A stretch of 64,000 bases of DNA from a virus, in IMG/VR virus record IMGVR_UViG_3300032214_000528, positions 71,032 through 135,031 of that record; one strand, 5' to 3'. The notes beneath the pieces were generated by a model. That model was not told the origin of the DNA. It ran no database searches and worked only from the letters and a program-made list of their open reading frames with translations. Below are positions 37,789-48,829 of the stretch, one piece after another. Numbering within the stretch: position 1 is the first letter of the stretch; each line of letters starts with the position of its first letter. Both the position numbers and the translations under genes were made by a program.

Positions 37789-38922
37789 ATGAGTAACTTA
37801 TGGGTAACCCCAGAAGAACTTGGCGCATATGGGGATTCTGACTATGCCTATGATGCCGTAAAGACTGCTTCTTATCTTTTATGGGGAATGTCAGGTCGTA
37901 AATTTTCAGGGATAACAACTGTTACAGAGCGTTATGTATCTTCTTTTGACCCGTATTTAAGAACATCTGGTACAGATTTTAATTATTCTCCAGTACTTGT
38001 TGATGGAAACGTAGAAAATGTTCCATATGCAGGATTTGGATATGATAAAGATTATCAAGGAGACGGAACAACCTCTTCATCTCGCCTAAGGCTACGTGGC
38101 CGCAAGGTTGTAAAAATACATACCGTTAGAAATTTAGACGGAGATATTATTGATCCAAGTAAGTACTATCTTGCAGATCATTCAACTCTTATTGGAGTTT
38201 CAGGAGCTAATTGGTTCTCATCTCGTGTTGAGGTTACATACACCTATGGAAGCCCTCCACCAACTGCTGGAAGGGCTGCTGCTCGTGTTTTAGCTACCGA
38301 GTTAGTTAAACTATATGAGGGTGATGATACATGCGCCCTACCGCAACGTGTGACTTCTATTTCTCGTCAAGGTGTCTCGTACACTCTTCTTGACAGCCAA
38401 GATTTTATTGATGAACTTCGTACTGGCATCTATGCCATTGATCTATTTCTTAAGACAGCTAACCCAGATAAGGCTCGTGCTCGCTCCCGTGTCTTTTCCC
38501 CAGATATTCCTCGTGCTCGCCGTATCACTGGCGCATCACCTCTTTATCCTCTTAGTGCAAACGATCTTTATGTTGGCGCAGATGGAACATCTAACATTTA
38601 TTATTTCTCAGAGATTGCCGCTGACTTCTTAGATGGAGATAGCGCATGGACAATTCTTACAGAGGTTTCAGATATCAATAACAATACAACTACTGAAATC
38701 CCTAACGCTGCTGTCATTGATCGTGTAGAAAACACTATTAGAATAAGCGCTACTTACTCTCAAATTAATAGCATTGTTGGTCCTCGTGATCCAGGAGTGT
38801 TAGATCTCTATGCAGTGCGCCCAAGTCTTGCAAATCCAGCAGTAAACGAAGTTGTTCACCTTGTCTCCAGCAATGTAATCATTCAGCTGGGGGAAAGAAC
38901 AATACCGATCTATACTGTATAG
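37789..38922 (+). CDS. Head-to-tail adaptor
   Basis: AS.LLW.MSGR.F, YTYG..PP..G..AA..LA, LP.RVTSISRQGVS motifs. Confidence 0.7.
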   Translation: MSNLWVTPEELGAYGDSDYAYDAVKTASYLLWGMSGRKFSGITTVTERYVSSFDPYLRTSGTDFNYSPVLVDGNVENVPYAGFGYDKDYQGDGTTSSSRLRLRGRKVVKIHTVRNLDGDIIDPSKYYLADHSTLIGVSGANWFSSRVEVTYTYGSPPPTAGRAAARVLATELVKLYEGDDTCALPQRVTSISRQGVSYTLLDSQDFIDELRTGIYAIDLFLKTANPDKARARSRVFSPDIPRARRITGASPLYPLSANDLYVGADGTSNIYYFSEIAADFLDGDSAWTILTEVSDINNNTTTEIPNAAVIDRVENTIRISATYSQINSIVGPRDPGVLDLYAVRPSLANPAVNEVVHLVSSNVIIQLGERTIPIYTV

Positions 38923-38949
38923 CACTACAAACTAAAGACAAGAGGACAT

Positions 38950-39459
38950 ATGCCTACACCTATTAATACAGCAACTGTAGATGACGCAGCTAAAAATTTG
39001 GCTGCCCTTATGCAGGGAGTCCTTGACTCGGTAATCAGTACATATGCATCATATACGATGCCACTTCCAGGTCGCAGATATTGGACACTCGGAAACCCTT
39101 CTGTGGATTGTGAGCAAGTTGTAGTTTCAATGCTACAAATGTATATCGGATCTCCTGGAGATGAAGCAACAGAGCCACGACGCTGCAACGATCCACGCAG
39201 TGCAACTCTTCTTGTTTCTGTATCTAGAGAAGTTCCTACAGTTTCTATGAACGGTAAAGCTCCAGCAGCAGACGACATTCAAGCTTTTTCAGAAATATCT
39301 GCATATGATGCATGGATTCTTCTTGATAGCTCTAGGGCCTTAGACCAGTGGTCAACAGGTGGCTCTTTTGGTATGGGTGTTATTGCAACTGTTGAGACAG
39401 GTGCTCCTGAAGGTGGTTTTCAAACAGTTACGATGACACTAACTGTAGCGGTCCCATAA
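38950..39459 (+). CDS. Neck/tail-terminator-like protein
   Basis: Position and size. Confidence 0.5.
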   Translation: MPTPINTATVDDAAKNLAALMQGVLDSVISTYASYTMPLPGRRYWTLGNPSVDCEQVVVSMLQMYIGSPGDEATEPRRCNDPRSATLLVSVSREVPTVSMNGKAPAADDIQAFSEISAYDAWILLDSSRALDQWSTGGSFGMGVIATVETGAPEGGFQTVTMTLTVAVP

Positions 39460-39842
39460 TGGCAAAGGTTATTTATTATCCTGGAGCTTTAGATAGACTG
39501 CTCAATCAGGAAGGTGGCCCAGTCGGGCAATACCTAAAACGTAAGGGAAATGAAATTCTTATATCTGCTCGTGCTCGAGTAGGTGTAAGGACAGGTGCAT
39601 TAAGGGCATCTCTACATATGAGACATATGAGAGATCCTAGAGGGCAGCAAATCTGGATTGGTTCAGATCTTAACTATGCATTAGCACATCACGAAGGAAC
39701 AAAGCCTCATGTAATAACACCTAAAAAAGCAAAAATGCTTAGGTTTGTTTCAAGAGGAACCGTCGTATATGCCCATGCGGTTAACCATCCAGGCACTAAA
39801 GCAAACAGATATCTAGCTGACGCTCTCAGAGACAAGCTATAA
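39459..39842 (+). CDS. HK97 gp10-like neck protein
   Basis: VRTGALRASL, YA..HHEGT.PH.I.PK, V.HPGT.AN.YL motifs. Confidence 0.7.
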   Translation: MAKVIYYPGALDRLLNQEGGPVGQYLKRKGNEILISARARVGVRTGALRASLHMRHMRDPRGQQIWIGSDLNYALAHHEGTKPHVITPKKAKMLRFVSRGTVVYAHAVNHPGTKANRYLADALRDKL

Positions 39843-39897
39843 TTAACTAACAATAAACTGTGAAAATAGTTTATAAACGACAGAATAGGAATAATAG

Positions 39898-40248
39898 ATG
39901 ACAACACGATTTAAGGATTTTGGAAGTGGTGGAGAGGTTAATTTAGCTCCACTGTCTTTTAAACTTCACGGAGAAGAGTTTCATTGCAAGCCTAGTCTTC
40001 AAGGAAAAGCCTTGCTAGATATGGTTGCTAATGCAAAAAGTGGAGAAGCAGAGGATGTTTCTCACACTATTACAAGCTTTTTTTCTAAAGCTATGATTCA
40101 AGAAAGCTACGACAGATTTCTTGTACTACTAGATTCTCCAGATAAAATTGTAACTATTGAATCTCTTGGAGAGATCACTGGTTGGCTAGTGGAGGAGTAT
40201 TCAGGCCGCCCTACGTCGGGGCCAGAGCAATCTCTGAGTGGGCAGTAG
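39898..40248 (+). CDS. Tail assembly chaperone
   Basis: Located just before the tape measure gene; ends EYSGRPT... Confidence 0.7.
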   Translation: MTTRFKDFGSGGEVNLAPLSFKLHGEEFHCKPSLQGKALLDMVANAKSGEAEDVSHTITSFFSKAMIQESYDRFLVLLDSPDKIVTIESLGEITGWLVEEYSGRPTSGPEQSLSGQ

Positions 40249-40628
40249 AACTCTGGCCGTATGTAAATGGAAAAGCTATAGTGAGCGGACTCCGATTGTC
40301 TGAGTTAGAAATGTCTGACATGTTAGATGTTATGCATTTTTATATGGAAGAAGATTTTTCTCAATCATCTTCCGCTGAGCAGAGTGAGGCCAAAGATAAG
40401 GCTAGAGAGTTAATCTATAAATCTCTCTATAACCGAACCTACACTTTTGGCAGATCAAGCAAGGACTATAAAACAGCTAACTCAAGTGGAGAATTCTACG
40501 ATGATGAAGAAATAGTCCCAGTAGATCCTTTAAAGGAGCCTACAAAGTCCTATGTTCCCGCAACGGACTTTAACCCAGAATCATCAAAACCCTTTGGTGA
40601 TTTACTAGATGCCCCTATCGGGCACTAA
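40182..40628 (+). CDS. Tail assembly chaperone, second (-1 frame) ORF
   Basis: Overlaps the first chaperone in the -1 frame without a good start. Confidence 0.6.
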   Translation: MASGGVFRPPYVGARAISEWAVELWPYVNGKAIVSGLRLSELEMSDMLDVMHFYMEEDFSQSSSAEQSEAKDKARELIYKSLYNRTYTFGRSSKDYKTANSSGEFYDDEEIVPVDPLKEPTKSYVPATDFNPESSKPFGDLLDAPIGH

Positions 40629-40658
40629 GTTTATTAGAAGCATTGGAGGTGATGGCGC

Positions 40659-43600
40659 ATGGCATTAGTTGGTGAAGCACACATACTTGTTAAAGCCATC
40701 ACCACTGGTGTTCAAGATGATATTGATAAAGCATTTGGTGGAGCTGACTCTGCTGGCGATAAAGCTGGTAATAAAGCTGGAAAAGCTTTTTCTAGAGGAT
40801 TCCAGAACAATACTGATGGAATGGTTATTTTTAGAAAATTCTATACTAACAAGGAAATAGGAGTATTTAAAAAAGCAAGACAAGATTTCTTAGATCTTGC
40901 AGCAAAAGGATATTTATTAGGAGCTGCCTTTACAGCGGCAGGTGGTGCAATTGGAGCATTGATTGGTGGTTTAGGTGTTCTAGCTGTGACAGTGGGGGCT
41001 GCTCTAGCTCCTGCCCTACTTGGGTTACTAGGGATTTTAGGTTCAGTTATAGTTGCTGCAGGAGTTCTTAAGGCTGTATTTGGTGGAGTTGGGGATGCAT
41101 TAAAGGCTCAAAGTAAAGCAACTGAAGGAGCGGCAGAAAGAGAAAAAGCTCTTGCTCGTGCTACTAGAGACTTAGAAGATGCAAAATATAATTATAACGA
41201 AACCGTAAAACAAACTCAAAAAGCAACAAAAGATGCTGCAGATGCAATAACAGATGCTGCAGATGCCGAAGTAGATGCAAGAAGAGCAGTTGAAAGCGCC
41301 GAGCGTTCGTATCAAGACTCGGTTGATGCAACTGCTGAAGCTCTTGATGATGTCACTAAAGCTCGTGAAGATGCTAAAGAAGCAATCCAGCAACTTCGCT
41401 TTGAGCTTGAAGGCGGGGTCATCTCAGAAAAAAAAGCACGCCTTGAGTTTGAAAAAGCTCGTGAGTCTTTACAGCGTGTTCAAGACCTTCCACCAAACTC
41501 TCGTGCTCGCCGTGAGGCTGAGCTTGCTTTTGCTGAAGCAGATCTTAATCTTCGTCGCGCTATTGATAAAAATGGCGATCTACGAAAGAAAACCGCTCAA
41601 GCAAATAAAGAAGGCATTGACGGAAACAAAAACGTTATTAATGCTGAAAAATCTTTACTAAAAGCTCGTCAAAATCAAAATGACGCTGAGGTAGCTGCAT
41701 TCAAAGCAACAAAAGACCTAACAAAGGCAACTGAGGCGCTTAATGCTGCAAAAGAATATGCAAAAGCAAACGGGGAGTTAGAAAAAAAGAATTTAAGAGC
41801 TCTTGAACTTGCTAATAGAGCTGTAACAGATGCTATAGCGGCACAAAAAGAAGCTATGAAGTCTGGTGGACTTAGCGAGTACGAGAAAGCAATGGCTAAG
41901 CTCTCTCCAGAGGCTCAAAAATTTGTTGAAGCAATGAAGCCTATAAAAGCAGAACTAAAAGAGCTTAAGAAAGAAATGCAAGACGAGTTCTTCGTAGGGT
42001 TTACAGAGGCTGTAACTGGACTTGCTGAGGTCTATATACCTCTCCTAAGAACTCCTTTAAAGAACATAGCTGGAGAATTAGGTGATGTAGCTAAAAGATT
42101 TAAAGATGCTTTTGTCACTCCTGAAAAACAAGCAGAGATAAAAAAGATATTTGATGACATGGCTCCTATTATTAGGAATCTTGGGGATGCTTTTATTGCC
42201 TTTGCTTCAGCGATGACAACACTTCAAGCTGCATTTTCTCCATATGTAGTGGAGTTTTCAGAGTTTGCTAAAAAGAAAGCAGAAGCTTTTAAAAACTCTG
42301 TAGAAGAGAAAAAGAAATCAGGAGAGCTAAACGAAACTTTTGAAAAAGGAACGGGGGTTCTTAGAGACCTTTCTGCTGCTTTTGGAAACACCTTCTCTAC
42401 TATTGGAAATCTTCTAGATGCAGCAACTGGTCCAGGATCTGGAGGTCAGCTATTCCTAGATTACTTAAAGGAGACTACCGCAGGGTGGGAAGCATTTACT
42501 GCTGGCGGAGATGAGAATGCTCCTCTAAAACAACTTCTTCTCGATATAGCCACAAACGCTACTAAATTACTAGATGTAATAGGTCTACTAATTGTAGAGC
42601 TAGTAAAGGTAGCGGCAAGTGAGGGCTTTGGGAAGTTCATGGACAAGCTTAAAGAAGCCATACCTATCATTGGTGATGTTGCTCAGAATATTACAGAAGC
42701 TTTACCTGCCTTTGGTGATTTTATTATCTCTCTTGCAAAATTCTTAAAGCTTGTTGTGGACGCTGCCCCAATCCAGCTCTTCTTTAACATTCTCAAGGGT
42801 GCGTTGGATGCTCTTGTATTTGTTCTCAATAACCCTATTGGTAAAGCATTCCTAGCCTTCTCTGGTCTCCTGCTTGCTGCCTCTGTTGGTTTCAATAAAG
42901 TTGCTAAAGGTGTTATTTTCTATAAAAACTCTGTAATGGGGTCTATTGCCACCATTAAAAGTTTTGGTGCAAAAATCGCAGCAAGTACCGTATTTGTTAA
43001 AGCAAAATCAATAGCTATAAGAGTATTAAATGGAGTTATAAAAGCTGCTGCAGTGGTCTTTAGAGTTCTTAACACTGTTCTACTTGCTAACCCAATAGGT
43101 TTGATCATAACCCTCATTGCTCTCTTTATTGGAGGATTAGTTCTTCTCTATAAAAACAGCGATAAAGCTAGAGAAATAATTGATGCTGCATTTAAGAAGA
43201 TTAAAGAAGTAATTCAAGTTGTTTGGAATTGGATTAAGGAAAACTGGCCTCTCCTCCTAGCTATCCTCACTGGTCCTATTGGCCTAGCAGTCCTTGCTAT
43301 TGTTAAAAACTGGGATGAGATAGTTGCATTTGTAAGAGCAATACCAGGAAGAATTGCAGAAATTGCTAGCCGAATGTGGACAGCAGTTACTGATCGCTTC
43401 TCAGAAATGTGGCAAGGTCTTCAAAAGCGATGGGATGATCTTGTCACATGGGTAACTGCAATCCCTGGGCGTATAAGAACTGCTGCGTCAGCTATTTGGT
43501 CATGGATTGGTGATCGTTTCTCTGACATGCGTACTGATATTGAAAGTAGATGGACTGCTCTTGTTACTTGGGTTACTGGAGTTCCAGGTCGCATTAGAAC

Positions 43601-44147
43601 TGCTGCTTTAGCTATCTGGTCATGGATTGGTGATCGTTTCTCTGACATGCGTACTAATATTGAAAGCAGATGGGACTCTCTTGTCGCATGGGTCCGTGGT
43701 CTTCCTAGTCGTATAGCATCTGCAGCGAGTGGCCTGTGGGATGGGTTTAGAGATGGTTTTAGAGATGCTCTTAATTGGATTATTACAAGATGGAATAGTT
43801 TTAGAATTGAAGCAAAATTCCCTGATGACTTTTTTATTCCATATCTTCGAGGTAGAGGGTTTACTTTAGATACACCTAATATTCCTCCTCTTGCAAAAGG
43901 TGGAATTGTTCCAGCTACTTCAGGCGGAATGCTTGCAATGATTGGTGAAGCTGGTCGACCAGAGCGTGTCGAGCCTCTTGATCCAGACGGGCTATCCAAG
44001 CGTGATAAGGCTATGATTAGCATGCTTGCAGGTCCTGCTGGCGGTATTAATATCACAGTTAACCCAGCGCCGGGTATGGACGAGCGTGAGCTTGCTGCAC
44101 TTGTATCTCGTCAACTTGCTTTCCAACTTCGTAAAGGTGCCGCATAA
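40659..44147 (+). CDS. Tape measure protein
   Basis: 1162 aa, Ala-rich coiled coil, periodic Trp repeats, C-terminal LAKGG..GEAG.PE. Confidence 0.9.
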   Translation: MALVGEAHILVKAITTGVQDDIDKAFGGADSAGDKAGNKAGKAFSRGFQNNTDGMVIFRKFYTNKEIGVFKKARQDFLDLAAKGYLLGAAFTAAGGAIGALIGGLGVLAVTVGAALAPALLGLLGILGSVIVAAGVLKAVFGGVGDALKAQSKATEGAAEREKALARATRDLEDAKYNYNETVKQTQKATKDAADAITDAADAEVDARRAVESAERSYQDSVDATAEALDDVTKAREDAKEAIQQLRFELEGGVISEKKARLEFEKARESLQRVQDLPPNSRARREAELAFAEADLNLRRAIDKNGDLRKKTAQANKEGIDGNKNVINAEKSLLKARQNQNDAEVAAFKATKDLTKATEALNAAKEYAKANGELEKKNLRALELANRAVTDAIAAQKEAMKSGGLSEYEKAMAKLSPEAQKFVEAMKPIKAELKELKKEMQDEFFVGFTEAVTGLAEVYIPLLRTPLKNIAGELGDVAKRFKDAFVTPEKQAEIKKIFDDMAPIIRNLGDAFIAFASAMTTLQAAFSPYVVEFSEFAKKKAEAFKNSVEEKKKSGELNETFEKGTGVLRDLSAAFGNTFSTIGNLLDAATGPGSGGQLFLDYLKETTAGWEAFTAGGDENAPLKQLLLDIATNATKLLDVIGLLIVELVKVAASEGFGKFMDKLKEAIPIIGDVAQNITEALPAFGDFIISLAKFLKLVVDAAPIQLFFNILKGALDALVFVLNNPIGKAFLAFSGLLLAASVGFNKVAKGVIFYKNSVMGSIATIKSFGAKIAASTVFVKAKSIAIRVLNGVIKAAAVVFRVLNTVLLANPIGLIITLIALFIGGLVLLYKNSDKAREIIDAAFKKIKEVIQVVWNWIKENWPLLLAILTGPIGLAVLAIVKNWDEIVAFVRAIPGRIAEIASRMWTAVTDRFSEMWQGLQKRWDDLVTWVTAIPGRIRTAASAIWSWIGDRFSDMRTDIESRWTALVTWVTGVPGRIRTAALAIWSWIGDRFSDMRTNIESRWDSLVAWVRGLPSRIASAASGLWDGFRDGFRDALNWIITRWNSFRIEAKFPDDFFIPYLRGRGFTLDTPNIPPLAKGGIVPATSGGMLAMIGEAGRPERVEPLDPDGLSKRDKAMISMLAGPAGGINITVNPAPGMDERELAALVSRQLAFQLRKGAA
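43375..43730 (+). repeat. 120-bp (40-aa) tandem repeat in the tape measure gene
   Basis: CATGGATTGGTGATCGTTTCTCTGACATGCGTACT identical at 43501 and 43621. Confidence 0.85.
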
Positions 44148-46732
44148 TGAGCGAAATTTATAACCAAGCACAGGAAAACTTTTATGTAGATAGAGGCTTA
44201 ACAAAGCTACCTCAACCTCATTTGACTGGAATGAAGCTCCAAGCAGATATAGTTCTTGGAGACTTTGTATTTAACACCATCGATGAGTTTGGTGTTACTT
44301 GGGTTGTTACTGATATTGATGGATGGTGGAGTCATCCAGAGCCAGATATGCCATCAATTCCTCGTGGTTTTGGTGATGGTGATTACGATATTAAAGGAAG
44401 ATATCAGGCAAGAATTGTTACTCTTACTGGAGTATTTTTAACTCCAACTCCTGATCTTGTTGAGGCAGCTCGAGATCGTCTAATTGCAGCTACTGATCTT
44501 GTCTATAAAGGAGCATGGCTTAAAACTGGTTTAGATGGAAAGCGTTCTTCATTTGTGCGTTTGAGCGGTACTCCTCAAATTCAAACAGTAAATGCAAGAG
44601 GTAGAACAGAATTTTCTATTGGATTAAAAGCCGCTAACCCACTTAAATTTTCTTGGAATGATGCTGAACCAGACGGATACGATGTTATCGAGCTTCCAGC
44701 AAAAAATCGTGAAACTTCTTCTGATGGAATTTTAGTTATTACAAATAATGGAAATGTCTCGACACCTGTCGAGTTAGAAATTAATGGACCTATTACGGGA
44801 CCTGCACGAGTTTATAATAGAACTACCGACAAGCTTTTATATATTGTTTCCTCTTTAAGAGGAAGACTCAACTCTTCTATAGTAAATAAGCAAACTACTT
44901 TTAATCCAGATACCTTAGAGGACATAGCTACACTTACGACTAGAACTAACCACGGGCTTCTTGTTGGAGATATTGTAGAAGTAAGCGGTCTTTCTGAAGA
45001 TTACCTAAATGGTGATTTTGAAGTTACATCTATCCCTACAAATACAACATTTACCTTCAGCATTTTTCCAAACGTGTCTTCCATTGAAACTATTGTGTCA
45101 AAAAAGCTTTTGAATAATGTTGCAACAATTACAACCAGAACAGATCACAACTTTTTGCAAGGACAGTCTGTTCTTATTCAAGATGTAGATACAGTATTTA
45201 ATGGTACATACACCATAGCTTCTACACCTACTGCAACAAGTTTTACATATTCTAAAAATAGAATCCCTCCACGAGTGGTCACTGGATGTATTTTAATTTC
45301 TAATATTGCAACTCTTACATGTAGCGAGGCTCATCAGTTTATTGAAGGAGAGTCTGTTACTATCTCTGGTATTGATATCAACTTTAATGGAACTTACGTA
45401 ATCAGTAGCATCGACTCTCCTACAACATTTAGCTATGCTCTTACAAGAACAAACAGTAAAGCAGTAACTAATAAACAAATGTCTCTTGATATTGCTACTA
45501 TTACTATGGGATCTGATCATGGATTTGTAGCCAATGAAAATGTTGGCATATCTGGACTTGATGATACTTTTGACGGTGTATATAAGATAGTTTCTACACC
45601 TTCATCTACAACATTTACATATAAAATTCAAAGAGTGACTCAAAATGCGGTTTCAGTAAGGTCTCTTTTTTCTTCTATTGCTACTTTAACTCTTGCAGAA
45701 GATCACGGGCTAAGTTTAGGGGAGCAAGTTGTTGTGTCTGATGTTGGGTCTAGCTACAACGGTACTCATACAGTTACTGGAATACCTTCAAGCACCACGT
45801 TTAGCTACTCTATATCTAATCCAGATGAGACAGCTATCGCTACAACCACTGGAACTGTAATTCCTATTAAAAGAGCTGTAGTTGCAAAACAGCTTATTGG
45901 AGGAGTAGTAACTCTATCTACATCTTCTACGCACGGTTTTCTTACTGGAGAAACAGTTGTTGTTTCATCTTTAGGATCCCCGTTCGACGGGTCTTACGTA
46001 ATTACATCAGTTCCTAGCACAAATACGTTTACATACAGTAAAACAGGTGGAAATGTAGCTTATGGTGTTGCTGGATCTACAGTTTCCTTAAGATCTAGAA
46101 CTGGTAGCACAGCGACTATAACCACAACAAGTCCTCATAACTTTGTCAACGGTCAATATGCAACAATAAATAATATGGATTCAGCTGCTGCCTCTTTAAA
46201 CGGTACATATATTATATCTGTAACATCTGGAACTACTTTTACATATACCACTGCAGTAAGTGGAGTTATTGCTTCGGCTGCTCCAGAGGGTGCTAGCCCA
46301 TATGTGACAGGTGGTTTTGCCGCTGCTTCTAGGTCAATCCCTTCTACAGCTGATACTGGTTCTGCCGTTGTTTCTGGAAGTCTTCCATTTGCTGCTGTAA
46401 ATGGAAATGCTTCGGTGTCAGCAGATATTGTAAGCAGTATAGGCGGAGATATTGAAACAGCTGGAGTTGCTATTAAAAAGACAGAGCTTGCGTTTACACC
46501 AGGTATTACTGGTGCTTCCGTAGACTTTGGCCCAGATTTACTAGAAATAAACACTCTCACTAGGGACGTATTTTTAAATGGAAACTACGATGGTGGAAGA
46601 GCAAAGCTCGATGTTCTCACTGACTTCTTCTTTTTAGCGCCTGGAGATAATCAGATAGAATTTCTTGATGACAACAATTCAGTTAGCACGTCGCTAGTTA
46701 AAGTATTTTATAGGTCTGCTTGGCTAGGGTAA
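44147..46732 (+). CDS. Distal tail (Dit-like) protein with 7 inserted beta-domain repeats
   Basis: Follows tape measure; repeats of AT.T...H....G..V.ISG.D..FNG.Y.I...P..TTF. Confidence 0.75.
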   Translation: MSEIYNQAQENFYVDRGLTKLPQPHLTGMKLQADIVLGDFVFNTIDEFGVTWVVTDIDGWWSHPEPDMPSIPRGFGDGDYDIKGRYQARIVTLTGVFLTPTPDLVEAARDRLIAATDLVYKGAWLKTGLDGKRSSFVRLSGTPQIQTVNARGRTEFSIGLKAANPLKFSWNDAEPDGYDVIELPAKNRETSSDGILVITNNGNVSTPVELEINGPITGPARVYNRTTDKLLYIVSSLRGRLNSSIVNKQTTFNPDTLEDIATLTTRTNHGLLVGDIVEVSGLSEDYLNGDFEVTSIPTNTTFTFSIFPNVSSIETIVSKKLLNNVATITTRTDHNFLQGQSVLIQDVDTVFNGTYTIASTPTATSFTYSKNRIPPRVVTGCILISNIATLTCSEAHQFIEGESVTISGIDINFNGTYVISSIDSPTTFSYALTRTNSKAVTNKQMSLDIATITMGSDHGFVANENVGISGLDDTFDGVYKIVSTPSSTTFTYKIQRVTQNAVSVRSLFSSIATLTLAEDHGLSLGEQVVVSDVGSSYNGTHTVTGIPSSTTFSYSISNPDETAIATTTGTVIPIKRAVVAKQLIGGVVTLSTSSTHGFLTGETVVVSSLGSPFDGSYVITSVPSTNTFTYSKTGGNVAYGVAGSTVSLRSRTGSTATITTTSPHNFVNGQYATINNMDSAAASLNGTYIISVTSGTTFTYTTAVSGVIASAAPEGASPYVTGGFAAASRSIPSTADTGSAVVSGSLPFAAVNGNASVSADIVSSIGGDIETAGVAIKKTELAFTPGITGASVDFGPDLLEINTLTRDVFLNGNYDGGRAKLDVLTDFFFLAPGDNQIEFLDDNNSVSTSLVKVFYRSAWLG

Positions 46733-46759
46733 AAAACTATGGAAAAGAGACAATAGACA

Positions 46760-48829
46760 ATGGCATTAGATGCTGGACTTACAGACGTAACATATAGGTA
46801 CTTTCTTACTGATTTAGTGAGTAACTCTATAATTGCGGAGCTCCCTTTTACTGGGGTTTCATATCAGAGAGTTTTAAGAAAAGCAGGGAGCTTTAGCGGC
46901 ACTATTCCTCTTATCGCTGCAACAAGTAAATTAAATATCTACGATGCAACTATGCCTGGAAGAACAGGTGTATATGTTATGCGTAACGATGTTTGTGTTT
47001 GGGGAGGTATTATTTGGGGTAGGAAGTACGAAGAATCCAGTAAATCTTTAACCATAGATGCATCTGAATTTACAAGTTATTTTTATCATAGACACGTTTG
47101 GCAGACTCTTCTCTATGGATCTGATTACATTGGAATTTCATCTTTCTCTATTACAAATAAGATTGCCACTGTCGTAACAGAACAGCCTATTACTATAGAT
47201 CCAAATAGGTTTAGAGTAGATAATTTTGTAAAAATTACATATACAAGCCCCCTTGTGGACGGTACCCATAAAGTTTTGAGTATTCCTTCCGCTAATAGTT
47301 TTACTTTTGCAGTTGATTATGCCAATGTCTCAGCCACTGCTATTACTAGTGGAGCCGTTAGAAAACTCATTGACACATATGATTTTGTTAGAGATCTTAT
47401 GTTTCAACTGTCTACAGATATGTCTGGTTTGAGTTTTGCAAATGACATTATAGAACCAGCACAAACTCTGGAAGTATCTGTTATATCTAAAAAAAGGGAT
47501 AATGGAAGAGTTTTACTTACAACGTTAGATGATCATACTTTAGTCCCGGGTCAGGAATTTGAAATTGTTGAGGTTGGATCTGGACTAGATGGATACCACA
47601 CTGTAACAAGCGTTCCAGACTCAAAATCAATTGGTTTCGAGCTTTCTGGTTCGAATATCTCTACTACAAGTCTGCCAGGAATTAAAACCTTATACGTAAC
47701 AAAAAAGAAGCTTGTTAATAATGTAGCAACACTGACTACTCACCTACCACACGGAGCAACCCAAGGTCAAGTTGTAGTTATTAATAATGTTGATTCTTTT
47801 TTTAGTGAGAGACTGGACGAGAACTTTAATGGAAGATACGTAATAAAATCAACACCTACACCTACTACTTTTACTTACGATCAGCCAAGCCCAGAGGGAA
47901 GATTGTATCCAGACATTGAAGAAATTACTGTTGCTGGAGGAACTGTTACATTAGGTAGTAAGGCAATTTATGGCACGTATGGTCCATACACTGCTAACTC
48001 TGATCTAGGTATTACAGTCGGGTCAAATAAAACAAGCGGTCTATATCAAGATACTCAAGTACTTAGAGGTTATGAACTTAAAAGCTTTGGAGAAATTTTA
48101 GAAGACTACTCGAACAACCTTAATGGTTTTGAATACCGTGTAGATTGTGACTATGACTTTACTACAGCTTCATTTACTAGAACTTTAGTGCTTTTAAATA
48201 TAGAAAACCCTAATGAAATAACAGAAAGTGCACAGATGAGTGATGAAGAGCGTTTAGGCTACAACACTCTTGTCTTCGAGTATCCTGGATCTATCTCTAC
48301 GTTTACTGTAGAAGAAAGTGCTGAAGATGCTGCAACTAGATTTTTTGTAGAAGGCAACATCACTGATCTATCTGATGCTGCAAGCCAACCATATGCTGTT
48401 GCTGCTGACAGCGGTCTTTTAAATAATCCTGTAGGCAAAAGCTGGCCACTACTTGATCAAGTAGAGATAATAAATAACACAGCAGACGAAGAAATTTTAA
48501 CTTCATATGCATTTGAATACTTATACGAGTCAAAGCCTCCAATGGGAGACTTTAATGTATCTGTTAATGGATCTCTCAATCCTGTAGTTGGCACATATTT
48601 TCCCGGCCAGTGGTGTTCATTAGTTATTGATGACCCTTTTGTGCTTGCTAGATTAGCTAGCGATCAGGAACCAAGAAACGACATCATTGTAAGAAAAATT
48701 GACGGTTACAAAGTATCTGTGCCAGATAATCCTTCTTTCCCAGAAACAGTCGATTTAGAACTTGTTACCGACTGGAAAGTGGACAAGTCTGGTGAAGAAT
48801 CTGGTTTAAACACAACAGGAGGACAATAA
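46760..48829 (+). CDS. Minor tail/baseplate hub protein
   Basis: YRYFLTDL....IAELP, WGGIIWGR N-terminus; 3 copies of the same repeat. Confidence 0.75.
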   Translation: MALDAGLTDVTYRYFLTDLVSNSIIAELPFTGVSYQRVLRKAGSFSGTIPLIAATSKLNIYDATMPGRTGVYVMRNDVCVWGGIIWGRKYEESSKSLTIDASEFTSYFYHRHVWQTLLYGSDYIGISSFSITNKIATVVTEQPITIDPNRFRVDNFVKITYTSPLVDGTHKVLSIPSANSFTFAVDYANVSATAITSGAVRKLIDTYDFVRDLMFQLSTDMSGLSFANDIIEPAQTLEVSVISKKRDNGRVLLTTLDDHTLVPGQEFEIVEVGSGLDGYHTVTSVPDSKSIGFELSGSNISTTSLPGIKTLYVTKKKLVNNVATLTTHLPHGATQGQVVVINNVDSFFSERLDENFNGRYVIKSTPTPTTFTYDQPSPEGRLYPDIEEITVAGGTVTLGSKAIYGTYGPYTANSDLGITVGSNKTSGLYQDTQVLRGYELKSFGEILEDYSNNLNGFEYRVDCDYDFTTASFTRTLVLLNIENPNEITESAQMSDEERLGYNTLVFEYPGSISTFTVEESAEDAATRFFVEGNITDLSDAASQPYAVAADSGLLNNPVGKSWPLLDQVEIINNTADEEILTSYAFEYLYESKPPMGDFNVSVNGSLNPVVGTYFPGQWCSLVIDDPFVLARLASDQEPRNDIIVRKIDGYKVSVPDNPSFPETVDLELVTDWKVDKSGEESGLNTTGGQ

